A stretch of DNA of 64,000 nucleotides from an uncultured Gammaproteobacteria bacterium (GCA_964394405.1 CAYMVY010000001.1:233219-297218); one strand, 5' to 3'. Counted from the first letter of the stretch, positions 9,120-17,748 are shown. A program made the numbers and translations. The notes: generated by a model from the sequence alone, not told the origin.

Positions 9120-10295
9120 ATGAAAAAAAGGAATACATTTCTTTTGTCCACGCTATACCTAGGTAGCGTCCTTTTGGGAGTGGTGGTCTTTGGGGTGCAA
9201 AGTATTCACGCGAATCATCTGGTAGTTAATCTGGGGGGCTTCAGATGTCCGATTGCACCAAAACAAGAGGAAGACATGGCAATCTTTAAAATAATCATGC
9301 CCGGAGGTAGATTATTTCCTGCCGAGGCAAGCGAAGATGAGCATTTTGATGGAACAAAAGATCAGCCCAAGGACAGCGAAGGGAAATTTTTCTGTGTACC
9401 TGTCCCCAAAGGAACCAAAGAAATTAATTGGATGCAATTACTTCAAGGGAGGGACGCACAGGGGAAACGAGTGATGGTAGACGATTGGAGTGATGAAGAC
9501 GTAAGAGGGCAAAACAGGGACAAGTGTGCTTCTCCCAACAACTGGGATAGCTTTGAATCAGATCATCGACCTGATACAGCATTCTATAAACTCGAAGAAA
9601 GTAGAAATGTTCGCTGTGACGGCGGAGAATACTACGCCCGTATACGATATTATTTCAATGATTTGGATACAGCAAAAGATGAGTTTTTTATCTATTTCAT
9701 GAAGATAGCTGATCCGGGTGATGTGCCACTGAATAATCAGGGATGTCTCAATAAACATGGTGAGAATAAAGAAGCATGTTCTGCTGATGCAGAATGTTTT
9801 TGGTGGCCAGCCATACCTCGGTGTATGGCAAAAGCAGATCGTACCAATCAGTGCTCGAAATTGGATGTGGAGACATGCAAATTAGCGCAACATTGCAAGG
9901 TGAAGAATAATGCATGCACTGATGTACAAATCGATATGGGAGCTGCGGTAGATGAATATATTGCAGCACGGTATCAGAAGCCAGACGGCTACACTGGACC
10001 ACTACCCGATTGCGCGTTTACCGGGTCATGTCGCAGTATAGAGGATTTACTCGAGCTCGGTGTCAAGGTTGCTGATTGGCTTTTTTCAATCATTGCAGGA
10101 CTGGCATTTGTATTTTTTGTCTACGGCGGATTGACTATGGTATTGTCACTTGGGAATGCAGAGAAAGTGGGACAAGGAAAACAAATTTTAGTTGCAGCGA
10201 CACTCGGACTCATTATCACATTCTCAGCATATATACTCGTAGGATTTGTAGTCAAGGCAATTGGGATTAATGCTGGACTCACACCATTTAATTGA
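9120..10295 (+). CDS. Cys-rich secreted protein with C-terminal pilin-like module (P1)
   Basis: Signal peptide, more than 16 Cys in the ectodomain. C-terminus VYGGLTMVLSLGNAEKVGQGKQILVAATLGLIITFSAYIL. Confidence 0.55.
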   Translation: MKKRNTFLLSTLYLGSVLLGVVVFGVQSIHANHLVVNLGGFRCPIAPKQEEDMAIFKIIMPGGRLFPAEASEDEHFDGTKDQPKDSEGKFFCVPVPKGTKEINWMQLLQGRDAQGKRVMVDDWSDEDVRGQNRDKCASPNNWDSFESDHRPDTAFYKLEESRNVRCDGGEYYARIRYYFNDLDTAKDEFFIYFMKIADPGDVPLNNQGCLNKHGENKEACSADAECFWWPAIPRCMAKADRTNQCSKLDVETCKLAQHCKVKNNACTDVQIDMGAAVDEYIAARYQKPDGYTGPLPDCAFTGSCRSIEDLLELGVKVADWLFSIIAGLAFVFFVYGGLTMVLSLGNAEKVGQGKQILVAATLGLIITFSAYILVGFVVKAIGINAGLTPFN

Positions 10296-10304
10296 TAAAA
10301 AAAT

Positions 10305-10937
10305 ATGCGTAGATTGGTAAAATATATACCCCTATTAGTAGCGATTGTCTTTAGTTTTTTTGCAGGACCGAACGTTTTTGCTCAGACTGGATTTAGTTGT
10401 CAGAGTGATCAGGAATGTTATGAGGCAGGATATACGTGCGATGCGACAACACACACTTGTACCCAGACATTATCACAACCGGCATTGGACCAAACCGCAA
10501 ATACAGTATGTTATGTAAAATCGTCAAAAACATGCTCACAATCCGAAGCTACTTGCAATGAGCCGAATCAGAAATTTCCTGACATGCCTCAATGTGAAGT
10601 CTATAAACAGGCACAAGACACATACGAGGCTACGGCAAATGGGACTACCAACTGTCGTAATGGCGAAGACTGTGTAAGTCTCGTGAACCCGCTCTCGACC
10701 ACTGATATTCGGAAAATAGTCGGGAGTACCATTCAGGTGCTTATTGGAATTATTGGGTCAATTACCTTTGTAATTTTCCTCTATGGAGGGGTGCTCTGGC
10801 TCACCTCAGCGGGGAATTCTGAAAAAATACAAAAAGGTTTACAGGCAATGCTCTGGGCTGGGATAGGAATTATTGTGGTTTTTAGTAGCTATGCTATACT
10901 TACGTTGATTTTGGACGCATTGCAGGCGAGTCCTTGA
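10305..10937 (+). CDS. Cys-rich pilin-like protein (P2)
   Basis: Signal MRRLVKYIPLLVAIVFSFFAGPNVFAQ, Cys-rich middle. C-terminus LYGGVLWLTSAGNSEKIQKGLQAMLWAGIGIIVVFSSYAIL. Confidence 0.6.
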   Translation: MRRLVKYIPLLVAIVFSFFAGPNVFAQTGFSCQSDQECYEAGYTCDATTHTCTQTLSQPALDQTANTVCYVKSSKTCSQSEATCNEPNQKFPDMPQCEVYKQAQDTYEATANGTTNCRNGEDCVSLVNPLSTTDIRKIVGSTIQVLIGIIGSITFVIFLYGGVLWLTSAGNSEKIQKGLQAMLWAGIGIIVVFSSYAILTLILDALQASP

Positions 10938-10997
10938 GTAACTAATTAATGAATGTTATGAAAAAAACATATCAAAAATTGAAGGGAGGTGAGGAGT

Positions 10998-11417
10998 GTG
11001 AGTAACATCAAAGCAAAATTATTAAAGCATCGAAATATCCTTTTGGGAATCGCGGCTTTAGTGAGCGTTTTTGCGTTATCTCCCGCACATGTAGCGTTTA
11101 CCCAAGCAGACGTTGATTTCGGTACTGATGTGGTAAAAGAGAATATTAATATCAGTACTACAGATGACGATGCTCGAGTAGTAGTCGTACGACTTATTAA
11201 TCTCGCGCTAACGTTTCTTGGATTAATCGCTGTAGTATTGATCCTCTGGGGAGGCTTCAAATGGATGACAGCTGGAGGAAATGACGAAAATGTAGAAGCA
11301 GCAAAAAAGATTATCATTGCAGCAGTAATCGGTCTTGCGATCATTATTTCTGCATACGCAATCGCAAACTTCTTTATCAATTCAATCCAGACTGCAGTTG
11401 GAGACGAGCCTATCTAG
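10998..11417 (+). CDS. TrbC/VirB2-like pilin paralog (P3)
   Basis: GTG start 6-8 nt after AGGGAGGTGA Shine-Dalgarno. Signal, then RVVVVRLINLALTFLGLIAVVLILWGGFKWMTAGGNDENVEAAKKIIIAAVIGLAIIISAYAIANFF. Confidence 0.65.
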   Translation: MSNIKAKLLKHRNILLGIAALVSVFALSPAHVAFTQADVDFGTDVVKENINISTTDDDARVVVVRLINLALTFLGLIAVVLILWGGFKWMTAGGNDENVEAAKKIIIAAVIGLAIIISAYAIANFFINSIQTAVGDEPI

Positions 11418-11510
11418 TTGCACGTTCCTTTGGCACCATTATTTGGATGGTGTCAGAGTTTTCTCGGCATTATATATGTGTCGAGAAAGCTTTGACCTCT
11501 TAGATTCTAT

Positions 11511-11924
11511 ATGAGTATAAAAAAAGTTTTTGCTACATTATTTACCGTAATACTCTTTGTGTTGTTAGTCGGTTTCCAGTCTGCCTATGGACAGGGCTGT
11601 TCTGATGAGTCTGATATTCTGGGGCTCGACTGCGCTGATGCATCGGGTCTGAGTAGCGAGGATCCACGGGTACTCACGATCAGGATCGTGAATTTTGCCC
11701 TGAGCCTTCTTGGTATTATCGCAGTATTGATCATACTCTATGCAGGATTCACCTGGATGACAGCTGGGGGGAATGATGAGAAAATAGGCACTGCAAAAAA
11801 GACCTTGTTCGCAGCAGTCGCAGGACTGATTATTATTCTGACAGCATATTCAATCATGAGTTTTGTACTTCGATCACTGTGTACCGCGACTGGGTCATGT
11901 GGGACACAGTACGGTATTCTTTAA
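11511..11924 (+). CDS. pilin paralog (P4)
   Basis: Signal, then LYAGFTWMTAGGNDEKIGTAKKTLFAAVAGLIIILTAYSIMSF. Confidence 0.65.
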   Translation: MSIKKVFATLFTVILFVLLVGFQSAYGQGCSDESDILGLDCADASGLSSEDPRVLTIRIVNFALSLLGIIAVLIILYAGFTWMTAGGNDEKIGTAKKTLFAAVAGLIIILTAYSIMSFVLRSLCTATGSCGTQYGIL

Positions 11925-11938
11925 TTAATCCGGGTATT

Positions 11939-12697
11939 ATGAAAAAGTTTCTGTTCATTGTGGGGATTGCAATCGCATTTTCTATCTTTGCACTTGGCAC
12001 CGCAACATTTGCGCAAAATTTTGGTCTTGATGAGACAGCAGGGTCAGCAGGTCTCAAAGGATATGGGAACAGTGTGCCGACCATTGCAGGAAATATTATT
12101 GGAACCCTGCTTTCGATGATCTCGGTTCTCTTTTTTGTATTGGTTCTATATGGGGGAATTGTCTGGATGACGGCTCGGGGCAATTCTGAACTTACCACCA
12201 AAGCTATGGATACGATTATTGCAGCCGTAATTGGTATTATCATTATCATGGGAGCATACGCGCTTACCAACTTTGTATTCAAACTCGGTGGGACAAATAC
12301 AGGGGGAGGCAATGGTGGCGGAGGAAATACCGACAGTCCAACTCTCACCTGGTGCTTAACACCTGAAAATAACTGTATCCAAGGTGGGGGAAGTGCTTGT
12401 CCGGGAACATTGTATGCAACCGAAGCCATTTGTAATGCTGCAAAAGGAAGTTCGGCAGTATGTACAGCACGTGGGGAAACAATTTGTGGCAATTTTTTGA
12501 CCAGTGCCGAGTGTACGCAGTACAATGATAGCGCTCCATTTATGGGAGGAAACTATGGATGTCGATGGAATACTATCGGACCAAATGCACCTAATTGTGT
12601 TGTGTCACAGCAACAGATAGATCAATGTAAGGCTTTGTCTCCAGTACAATGTCAAAATGCAGGTTATGAAATGAGATGTCAATTAGGGGCAGAATGA
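11939..12697 (+). CDS. pilin paralog with extra C-terminal Gly/Cys-rich domain (P5)
   Basis: Start at MKKFLFIV. Pilin module LYGGIVWMTARGNSELTTKAMDTIIAAVIGIIIIMGAYAL is followed by GGGNGGGGN and a roughly 120-aa segment with 16 Cys. Confidence 0.6.
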   Translation: MKKFLFIVGIAIAFSIFALGTATFAQNFGLDETAGSAGLKGYGNSVPTIAGNIIGTLLSMISVLFFVLVLYGGIVWMTARGNSELTTKAMDTIIAAVIGIIIIMGAYALTNFVFKLGGTNTGGGNGGGGNTDSPTLTWCLTPENNCIQGGGSACPGTLYATEAICNAAKGSSAVCTARGETICGNFLTSAECTQYNDSAPFMGGNYGCRWNTIGPNAPNCVVSQQQIDQCKALSPVQCQNAGYEMRCQLGAE

Positions 12698-12736
12698 TAC
12701 AAAGTTTAAAATAATGAATAATAAAGTAAGGCACAC

Positions 12737-13129
12737 ATGCGCACTAAATCAAAAAATAAACTTATTTTTTTGCACGTCACCCTTGTTTCAATAGGATTGT
12801 TCGTAAACAAAGCAACAGTTCATGCAAAAAAAACTATTGATGATGCAGGGTCTGCTCTTGATTCAGTAGTAAATCCAACAGGACTACCCAAAGGTGAAGT
12901 GGCAACCTACGTCGGAAGCGTAGCACAGTGGATATTTGGCGCATTAGGACTCACATTTTTTGTACTAGCGACCTATGCCGGGATCACCTGGTTCATCGCT
13001 CGTGGAGAGGAAGAAAAAATTACCAAAGCAAAACAAACCCTGATAGCTGCAGTCATCGGTCTCATCATTGCAATAAGCGCGTATGCGATTTCAGTGTTTA
13101 TTACCAATACCTCAGGTTTTGGGGGATAA
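12737..13129 (+). CDS. pilin paralog (P6)
   Basis: Signal, then YAGITWFIARGEEEKITKAKQTLIAAVIGLIIAISAYAISVF. Confidence 0.65.
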   Translation: MRTKSKNKLIFLHVTLVSIGLFVNKATVHAKKTIDDAGSALDSVVNPTGLPKGEVATYVGSVAQWIFGALGLTFFVLATYAGITWFIARGEEEKITKAKQTLIAAVIGLIIAISAYAISVFITNTSGFGG

Positions 13130-13145
13130 TAACGAGCAAATACAT

Positions 13146-13535
13146 ATGAAAATTGTACAGGGAATAAAAAAACAACTACTGTGTGCATATCTTTTGGTGA
13201 TTAGTCTCAGTCTATTGCCGGGAGCAGTGCTTGGTCAGGGGAATTTGGGGGATGCAGGGGATAATCTAGCAAATGTACAGAAAGGTATTGGTGGAAATGT
13301 TCCAACAGATGTATCAGTAGTGGTTGGAAATATTATCAAAACCGTACTGAGTCTCGTGGGAATCATATTCCTCATTCTTACGGTCTATGCGGGCTATCTC
13401 TGGATGACTGCGCGAGGAGAAGATGAGCAGGTGAGCAAGGCAAAAGAAATTATCAAGTCATCGATCGCAGGCTTATTTGTGGTGGTAAGTTCATACGCGA
13501 TTACCGTGTTTATCACTTCTCGTTTTAGTAACTAA
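13146..13535 (+). CDS. pilin paralog (P7)
   Basis: Start at MKIVQGIKK, signal, then VYAGYLWMTARGEDEQVSKAKEIIKSSIAGLFVVVSSYAITVF. Confidence 0.65.
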   Translation: MKIVQGIKKQLLCAYLLVISLSLLPGAVLGQGNLGDAGDNLANVQKGIGGNVPTDVSVVVGNIIKTVLSLVGIIFLILTVYAGYLWMTARGEDEQVSKAKEIIKSSIAGLFVVVSSYAITVFITSRFSN

Positions 13536-13541
13536 TTTTTT

Positions 13542-13955
13542 ATGAATTCTGGATCACTCATGAGAAAAGTAGGGGTAATGCTCGGGGTAGCCACACTGGG
13601 GTTGCTTGTAACCACTGCACACGCCCAAAATCTTGGAATCGATGCAGTACACAAAGCAGGCACAGAAGCCGGATTTGAGCGCGCGACAGAAACCAGTTTT
13701 TCAGAAAATGTAGGCCGAGCGATTACGATTCTTTTCTCAATATTGGGTGTACTCTTCACTATTCTCATTGTCTATGCAGGCTATCTCTGGATGACTGCGC
13801 GAGGAAATGATGAGTTTGTGACTAAGGCAAAAAACATACTCTCTACGTCAATTATTGGTCTCATCATCTTACTCATGGCCTATAGCATTACCCGCTTTGT
13901 AGTGCCTCGACTGCTTCAGGGTTCGGTGAATGTCCCTGTTGAAGAACAGCAATAG
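13542..13955 (+). CDS. pilin paralog (P8)
   Basis: VYAGYLWMTARGNDEFVTKAKNILSTSIIGLIILLMAYSITRF. Confidence 0.65.
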   Translation: MNSGSLMRKVGVMLGVATLGLLVTTAHAQNLGIDAVHKAGTEAGFERATETSFSENVGRAITILFSILGVLFTILIVYAGYLWMTARGNDEFVTKAKNILSTSIIGLIILLMAYSITRFVVPRLLQGSVNVPVEEQQ

Positions 13956-13958
13956 TTA

Positions 13959-14384
13959 ATGACCTATATGAACAAGTTACGCATCTTTCTTGTCGCCATA
14001 TTCGCCACCTGCGCTGTTGTGACGGGCGTTTGTCTACTATATGCACGTAGTGTAGAGGCTGCCACCACTTCGGTGCCAGATGTTCTCGGACAACTCAATG
14101 CAGGATCAAAGGCGGCAGGATTTGGGACCGAAGCTGTCGACCCTCGAATTGCTGTTGCGAATGGTGTTAAGCTTTTTCTTTCATTACTTGGGATTATTTT
14201 TGTTTGTCTGGTGGTGTATGCAGGATTTCTCATATTCACTGCTGCGGGGAATGATGAACGGGTGACACAGGCAAAAGGAATCATCATAACTTCAGTCATA
14301 GGACTGGTAATTATTTTCTCTGCATATAGTATCACGAGCTTTGTTACACGCCGGATTCTGGCAGAAACAGTAGGGAGTTATTAA
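13959..14384 (+). CDS. pilin paralog (P9)
   Basis: DPRIAVANGVKLFLSLLGIIFVCLVVYAGFLIFTAAGNDERVTQAKGIIITSVIGLVIIFSAYSITSF. Confidence 0.65.
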   Translation: MTYMNKLRIFLVAIFATCAVVTGVCLLYARSVEAATTSVPDVLGQLNAGSKAAGFGTEAVDPRIAVANGVKLFLSLLGIIFVCLVVYAGFLIFTAAGNDERVTQAKGIIITSVIGLVIIFSAYSITSFVTRRILAETVGSY

Positions 14385-14391
14385 TCAATAT

Positions 14392-14892
14392 ATGCTACAA
14401 AAAATACAATTGATACTTGTTCTCTGCTTTTCTTTACTCCTTCCAATCGTAGTACATACGCAGACTATTCCACCAGGACAATACCAGGGGTCGGACATGG
14501 AAAAACAATTAAGTGCTTTTGGTGGTAAGAGCGGGGCGCAATTGGGAGAACCTACAGATCCTCGAATTATTGTCGCGCGATTGATTAAAACTGTCCTGGG
14601 AGTGATTGGAATTATCGCCGTGGTTCTCGCCCTTTATGCAGGGTTCCTCATGATGACCTCGAGTGGGAATGAAGAAAAAATAGCCGAAGGGAAGAAAATA
14701 CTCATGTATTGCGCTGTTGGAGTTGCAATCATTTTGGGGGCATATAGCATTACCTACTTCATCTATTATGGCATCTATAGCAGCTGGCAAAATCCTATGG
14801 AAATAGGAAATCAGGATACTATATATATGCAACCGAATGACTACGACCTGTATAATCCTGATCCACTAGAGCAGAACACCACGATCCAGTGA
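14392..14892 (+). CDS. pilin paralog (P10)
   Basis: DPRIIVARLIKTVLGVIGIIAVVLALYAGFLMMTSSGNEEKIAEGKKILMYCAVGVAIILGAYSITYF. Confidence 0.65.
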   Translation: MLQKIQLILVLCFSLLLPIVVHTQTIPPGQYQGSDMEKQLSAFGGKSGAQLGEPTDPRIIVARLIKTVLGVIGIIAVVLALYAGFLMMTSSGNEEKIAEGKKILMYCAVGVAIILGAYSITYFIYYGIYSSWQNPMEIGNQDTIYMQPNDYDLYNPDPLEQNTTIQ

Positions 14893-14902
14893 TACGGCAG
14901 GT

Positions 14903-16018
14903 TTATTGAGAAGAAATAAAATTCAAAATTTCAGTACTAGACTGCGCAAAGGCGCGGTCTTTTTTATGGTAATTACCTGAGAGATAGAATTCGAGCAAGG
15001 GGAGAATTTCTGCCGCTGTTTTGGCATGAGATCCGAGATGGTTTTTTTCTAAAAATTCAATATTATATTCCTCCTGTCCGGGTATAGGATTAATGGCAAT
15101 CATAGGAACACGAGACACCATACATTCAGTGGTGGTGAGACCTCCTGGTTTACTGATGACGACTGTAGCAATCCGCATAAGATCAGAGATTTCATCAGTC
15201 CACCCAAGGGGTGTATATGCGATATGTGGAGGGGGTTTAAGTGCCTTTAGACGTTGATATAGTTTTTTATTGTGACCAGATACTGCAAAAATTGCGAGTG
15301 GTTTTTTGAATGAAGAAAAAAGTTCGGTGACTATTTCTGAAATTTCTATCATACCAGATCCTCCTGAAAGAATGAGGACGCGAGGTATATGTGGAGCGAG
15401 CTTATACCGCGATTCAATACTCGCTACATCCTTTTTTTCAAAGAATTGCGGGTCGATAGGTATACCAAAGGTGTGGACCATGGTTGGTTTAATACCAAAA
15501 TGATTCACGAGTTCATGCTTCATGTCTTTCGTACTTACAATATATGAATCGATTCCTTTAACCAGTAAGACCGGGTGGACTCCATAATCAGTGAGTATTT
15601 CAGTAATTGGGATATGTTTTTTTCGTTTCTTCATGGAGTGCAGGAGAATTTCAGAAGGAAGAAAATGTGTGGAAATGATGTGATCAGGCTCAAATGAATA
15701 TACCTTATTGAGAAATTCAAATGAATTAAGCATTTTGAGATAATCTGTCAATGATCGATAAGCTTTGATAAACGTCTGGTTATCGCTCAAATAGAAGAGG
15801 GATGCCCAAACTTTGGGCAAATGTTCTACGAGAAATCCATAGCCACTCACGGTAGCCTTTTTGAGCAGGGGGGTAATATAATCAGCAATATCAATATGGA
15901 GACATTCCAAGTTGGGAAAATCAAGTCGAGCAGCTTGGGTAAGAGCTCTTGCTGCCTGGACATGTCCTGATCCTGTAGCTAGTGAGACAATTAAAATTTT
16001 CTTTGTTTTTTGGGCCAT
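14903..16018 (-). CDS. glycosyltransferase family 28, MGDG-synthase/UgtP-like diacylglycerol glycosyltransferase
   Basis: N-terminus ILIVSLATGSGHVQAARAL and C-terminal ISKPGGLTTTECMVSRVPMIAINPIPGQEEYNIEFL match the UgtP/MGDG synthase family. Confidence 0.75.
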   Translation of the reverse strand: MAQKTKKILIVSLATGSGHVQAARALTQAARLDFPNLECLHIDIADYITPLLKKATVSGYGFLVEHLPKVWASLFYLSDNQTFIKAYRSLTDYLKMLNSFEFLNKVYSFEPDHIISTHFLPSEILLHSMKKRKKHIPITEILTDYGVHPVLLVKGIDSYIVSTKDMKHELVNHFGIKPTMVHTFGIPIDPQFFEKKDVASIESRYKLAPHIPRVLILSGGSGMIEISEIVTELFSSFKKPLAIFAVSGHNKKLYQRLKALKPPPHIAYTPLGWTDEISDLMRIATVVISKPGGLTTTECMVSRVPMIAINPIPGQEEYNIEFLEKNHLGSHAKTAAEILPLLEFYLSGNYHKKDRAFAQSSTEILNFISSQ

Positions 16019-16152
16019 AGGAGAATAACATGAATAGTATACCCAAATTTTATAAACAATAAAACGCCTGTATGGCGTTATCTATATTGAGAAAGATCCC
16101 CTTCAGGGTAGCTAACCTGCTCGACATGCCAATTGGAGAGGAAGAAATATAC

Positions 16153-16227
16153 TGGGGTGGCTAACGGGGATCGAACCCGTGATAAAGGTACCACAAACCT
16201 CTGTGTTACCACTACACCATAGCCACC
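16153..16227 (-). tRNA. tRNA-His (anticodon GTG), with encoded G-1 and 3' CCA
   Basis: Hand-folded cloverleaf: acceptor GTGGCTA/TAGCCAC, D stem GTGT/ACAC, anticodon stem GAGGT/ACCTT with loop TTGTGGT, T stem ACGGG/CCCGT with loop TTCGATC. Extra 5' G opposite C73. Confidence 0.85.
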
Positions 16228-16304
16228 CCACTATATTCCTTAAGTTGTGCAAAGTACGCGTGTATTGGTTGCTGAAATGGATCCCTGTCCAAAGCGGGCC
16301 TGCC

Positions 16305-16353
16305 TCTGGCGGAGAACCCGTGATAAAAGTACCGCAAACCACTACACCAATAT
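16305..16353 (-). pseudogene. partial degenerate copy of tRNA-His (internal D-arm to T-arm segment)
   Basis: gaacccgtgataaaagtaccgcaaacc..actacacca matches tRNA-His positions 16173-16219. About 36/38 aligned nt identical, with a 9-nt deletion. Confidence 0.5.
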
Positions 16354-16436
16354 CCTCACCTAAACTGACCTTGAGTCAAATGTGAAGACGAGTATAGGAC
16401 AAAATTAGGCTTTTGTCAATGACAAGTATAACACAA

Positions 16437-16462
16437 CCCCACCCTTCGCGAAGGGTGGGGTT
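16437..16462. terminator. perfect 12-bp palindromic hairpin CCCCACCCTTCG/CGAAGGGTGGGG downstream of the SPFH gene
   Basis: Perfect inverted repeat read directly, with A/T-rich flanks. Lies downstream of the minus-strand gene ending at 16489. Confidence 0.55.
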
Positions 16463-16488
16463 GGATAATAAACAGAGAAAATCAATTT

Positions 16489-17220
16489 TTAGTTCTTTTT
16501 CTCAAACGATCGAAGAACTTCGAGGGGCACTGCAAAAATAATAGTATTTGATTGATCAGAGCTGACGTCGTTGATCGTGCTTAGTGTGCGGAGATGGAGT
16601 GCTCCAGGTGCATCAGAGAGCATGCGAGCTGCTTTTGCGATATTTTCAGCAGCAGCGATTTCTCCCTCTGCTTTGATAATTACAGACCGTTTTTCACGTT
16701 CAGCTTCGGCTTGTTTTGCGATGACACGCTGCATATCATCAGGAAGAGTAATGTCTTTCAATTCCACAGTCTCCACTTTGATTCCCCACACATCAGTTGC
16801 GACATCAATGATTTCTCGAATTTTTTTTGCAGCCTCCTCACGTCGTGCGAGTAATTCATCAAGCTCGAGTTGTCCCACAACATTTCGCATAGTAGTTTGT
16901 GCAAGTTGGGAAACTGCAAACCAGAAATTTTCTACTTCGAGTACTGCTTTGGCAGCATCAGCAACACGGTAATAGATTACTGCATTAATTTTTGCTGACA
17001 CATTATCCTTGGTGATTGCTTCTTGGTAGGGTACATCGACTGCTTTGGTACGGATATCCACTTTTTGCATACTCTGGATAATAGGAAATACAAGTCTCCA
17101 TCCAGGTTGTACAATCTTTACGTATTTACCGAGTTGAAATTTGACACCCCGCTGATACTGATTTACCTGACGAACACTGATCAGTATGATAAATAAAATA
17201 ACCGGTATAACTCCCCACAT
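16489..17220 (-). CDS. SPFH/Band-7 (stomatin/prohibitin-like) membrane protein
   Basis: N-terminal TM, then QYQRGVKFQLGKY...VDIRTKAVDVP...AVIYYRV and a coiled-coil C-terminus. Start placed at the internal Met MWGVIPV; 17313 is an alternative. Confidence 0.7.
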   Translation of the reverse strand: MWGVIPVILFIILISVRQVNQYQRGVKFQLGKYVKIVQPGWRLVFPIIQSMQKVDIRTKAVDVPYQEAITKDNVSAKINAVIYYRVADAAKAVLEVENFWFAVSQLAQTTMRNVVGQLELDELLARREEAAKKIREIIDVATDVWGIKVETVELKDITLPDDMQRVIAKQAEAEREKRSVIIKAEGEIAAAENIAKAARMLSDAPGALHLRTLSTINDVSSDQSNTIIFAVPLEVLRSFEKKN

Positions 17221-17385
17221 AAGATATGTGTTTAAGAATAAACGGGAAACTATAGATAGTATTGCGTAAAGTATGTCTAAATGCAAGGGTAGCTCTAATA
17301 CAACACAGACCACCCGTCATAAACATTGTATATCTACAAAATTTATGACGTCGAGGTGGCCTGTGTTTGCTCCCAAGACGTCCCA

Positions 17386-17748
17386 CTAAGGCGCAGTGCT
17401 TTTAGAGCGTCCGCGCGGTTTCTTTTTCCAGGTGATTGGCCGAGGCGCCTTTACTTGGAGTTTTGCTGTTTTGTATTTTTCGGTCTGCGAACCACGTGTA
17501 TCGAGCGAATAATACAACAGCACACAATAGAGGCACGGATCGCCAATTTTGCAGATACGACCTTCTTCCGAAGGAATGTGGCATGTGTCACATTCGAATG
17601 GTTCATCTTCGAAGATGTAGGGTTCGGTAGCATTGCATCGAGGGCATCGGACCTTGCCTCGCGCTGTAAGGAACACCTCCTTTTCGCCAACTGTGGGATT
17701 TTCTTGGTGCTCACAGGGAGCACACCAGTACAATTTGGGTTTTTCCAT
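17386..17748 (-). CDS. zinc-ribbon protein with basic C-terminal tail
   Basis: Paired CxxC motifs (CAPC...CPRC, CDTC...CLYC). Lys/Arg-rich tail. Immediately upstream of the SPFH gene on the same strand. Confidence 0.5.
   Translation of the reverse strand: MEKPKLYWCAPCEHQENPTVGEKEVFLTARGKVRCPRCNATEPYIFEDEPFECDTCHIPSEEGRICKIGDPCLYCVLLYYSLDTRGSQTEKYKTAKLQVKAPRPITWKKKPRGRSKSTAP

Noticed and set aside
16112-16385. ORFs 16112-16342 (-) and 16179-16385 (+)
   Set aside because: They overlap the tRNA-His gene and its degenerate copy. The repetitive amino-acid sequence is a translation of the duplicated tRNA segment.
16571-16972. 133-aa and 86-aa plus-strand ORFs
   Set aside because: Antisense to the well-supported SPFH gene.
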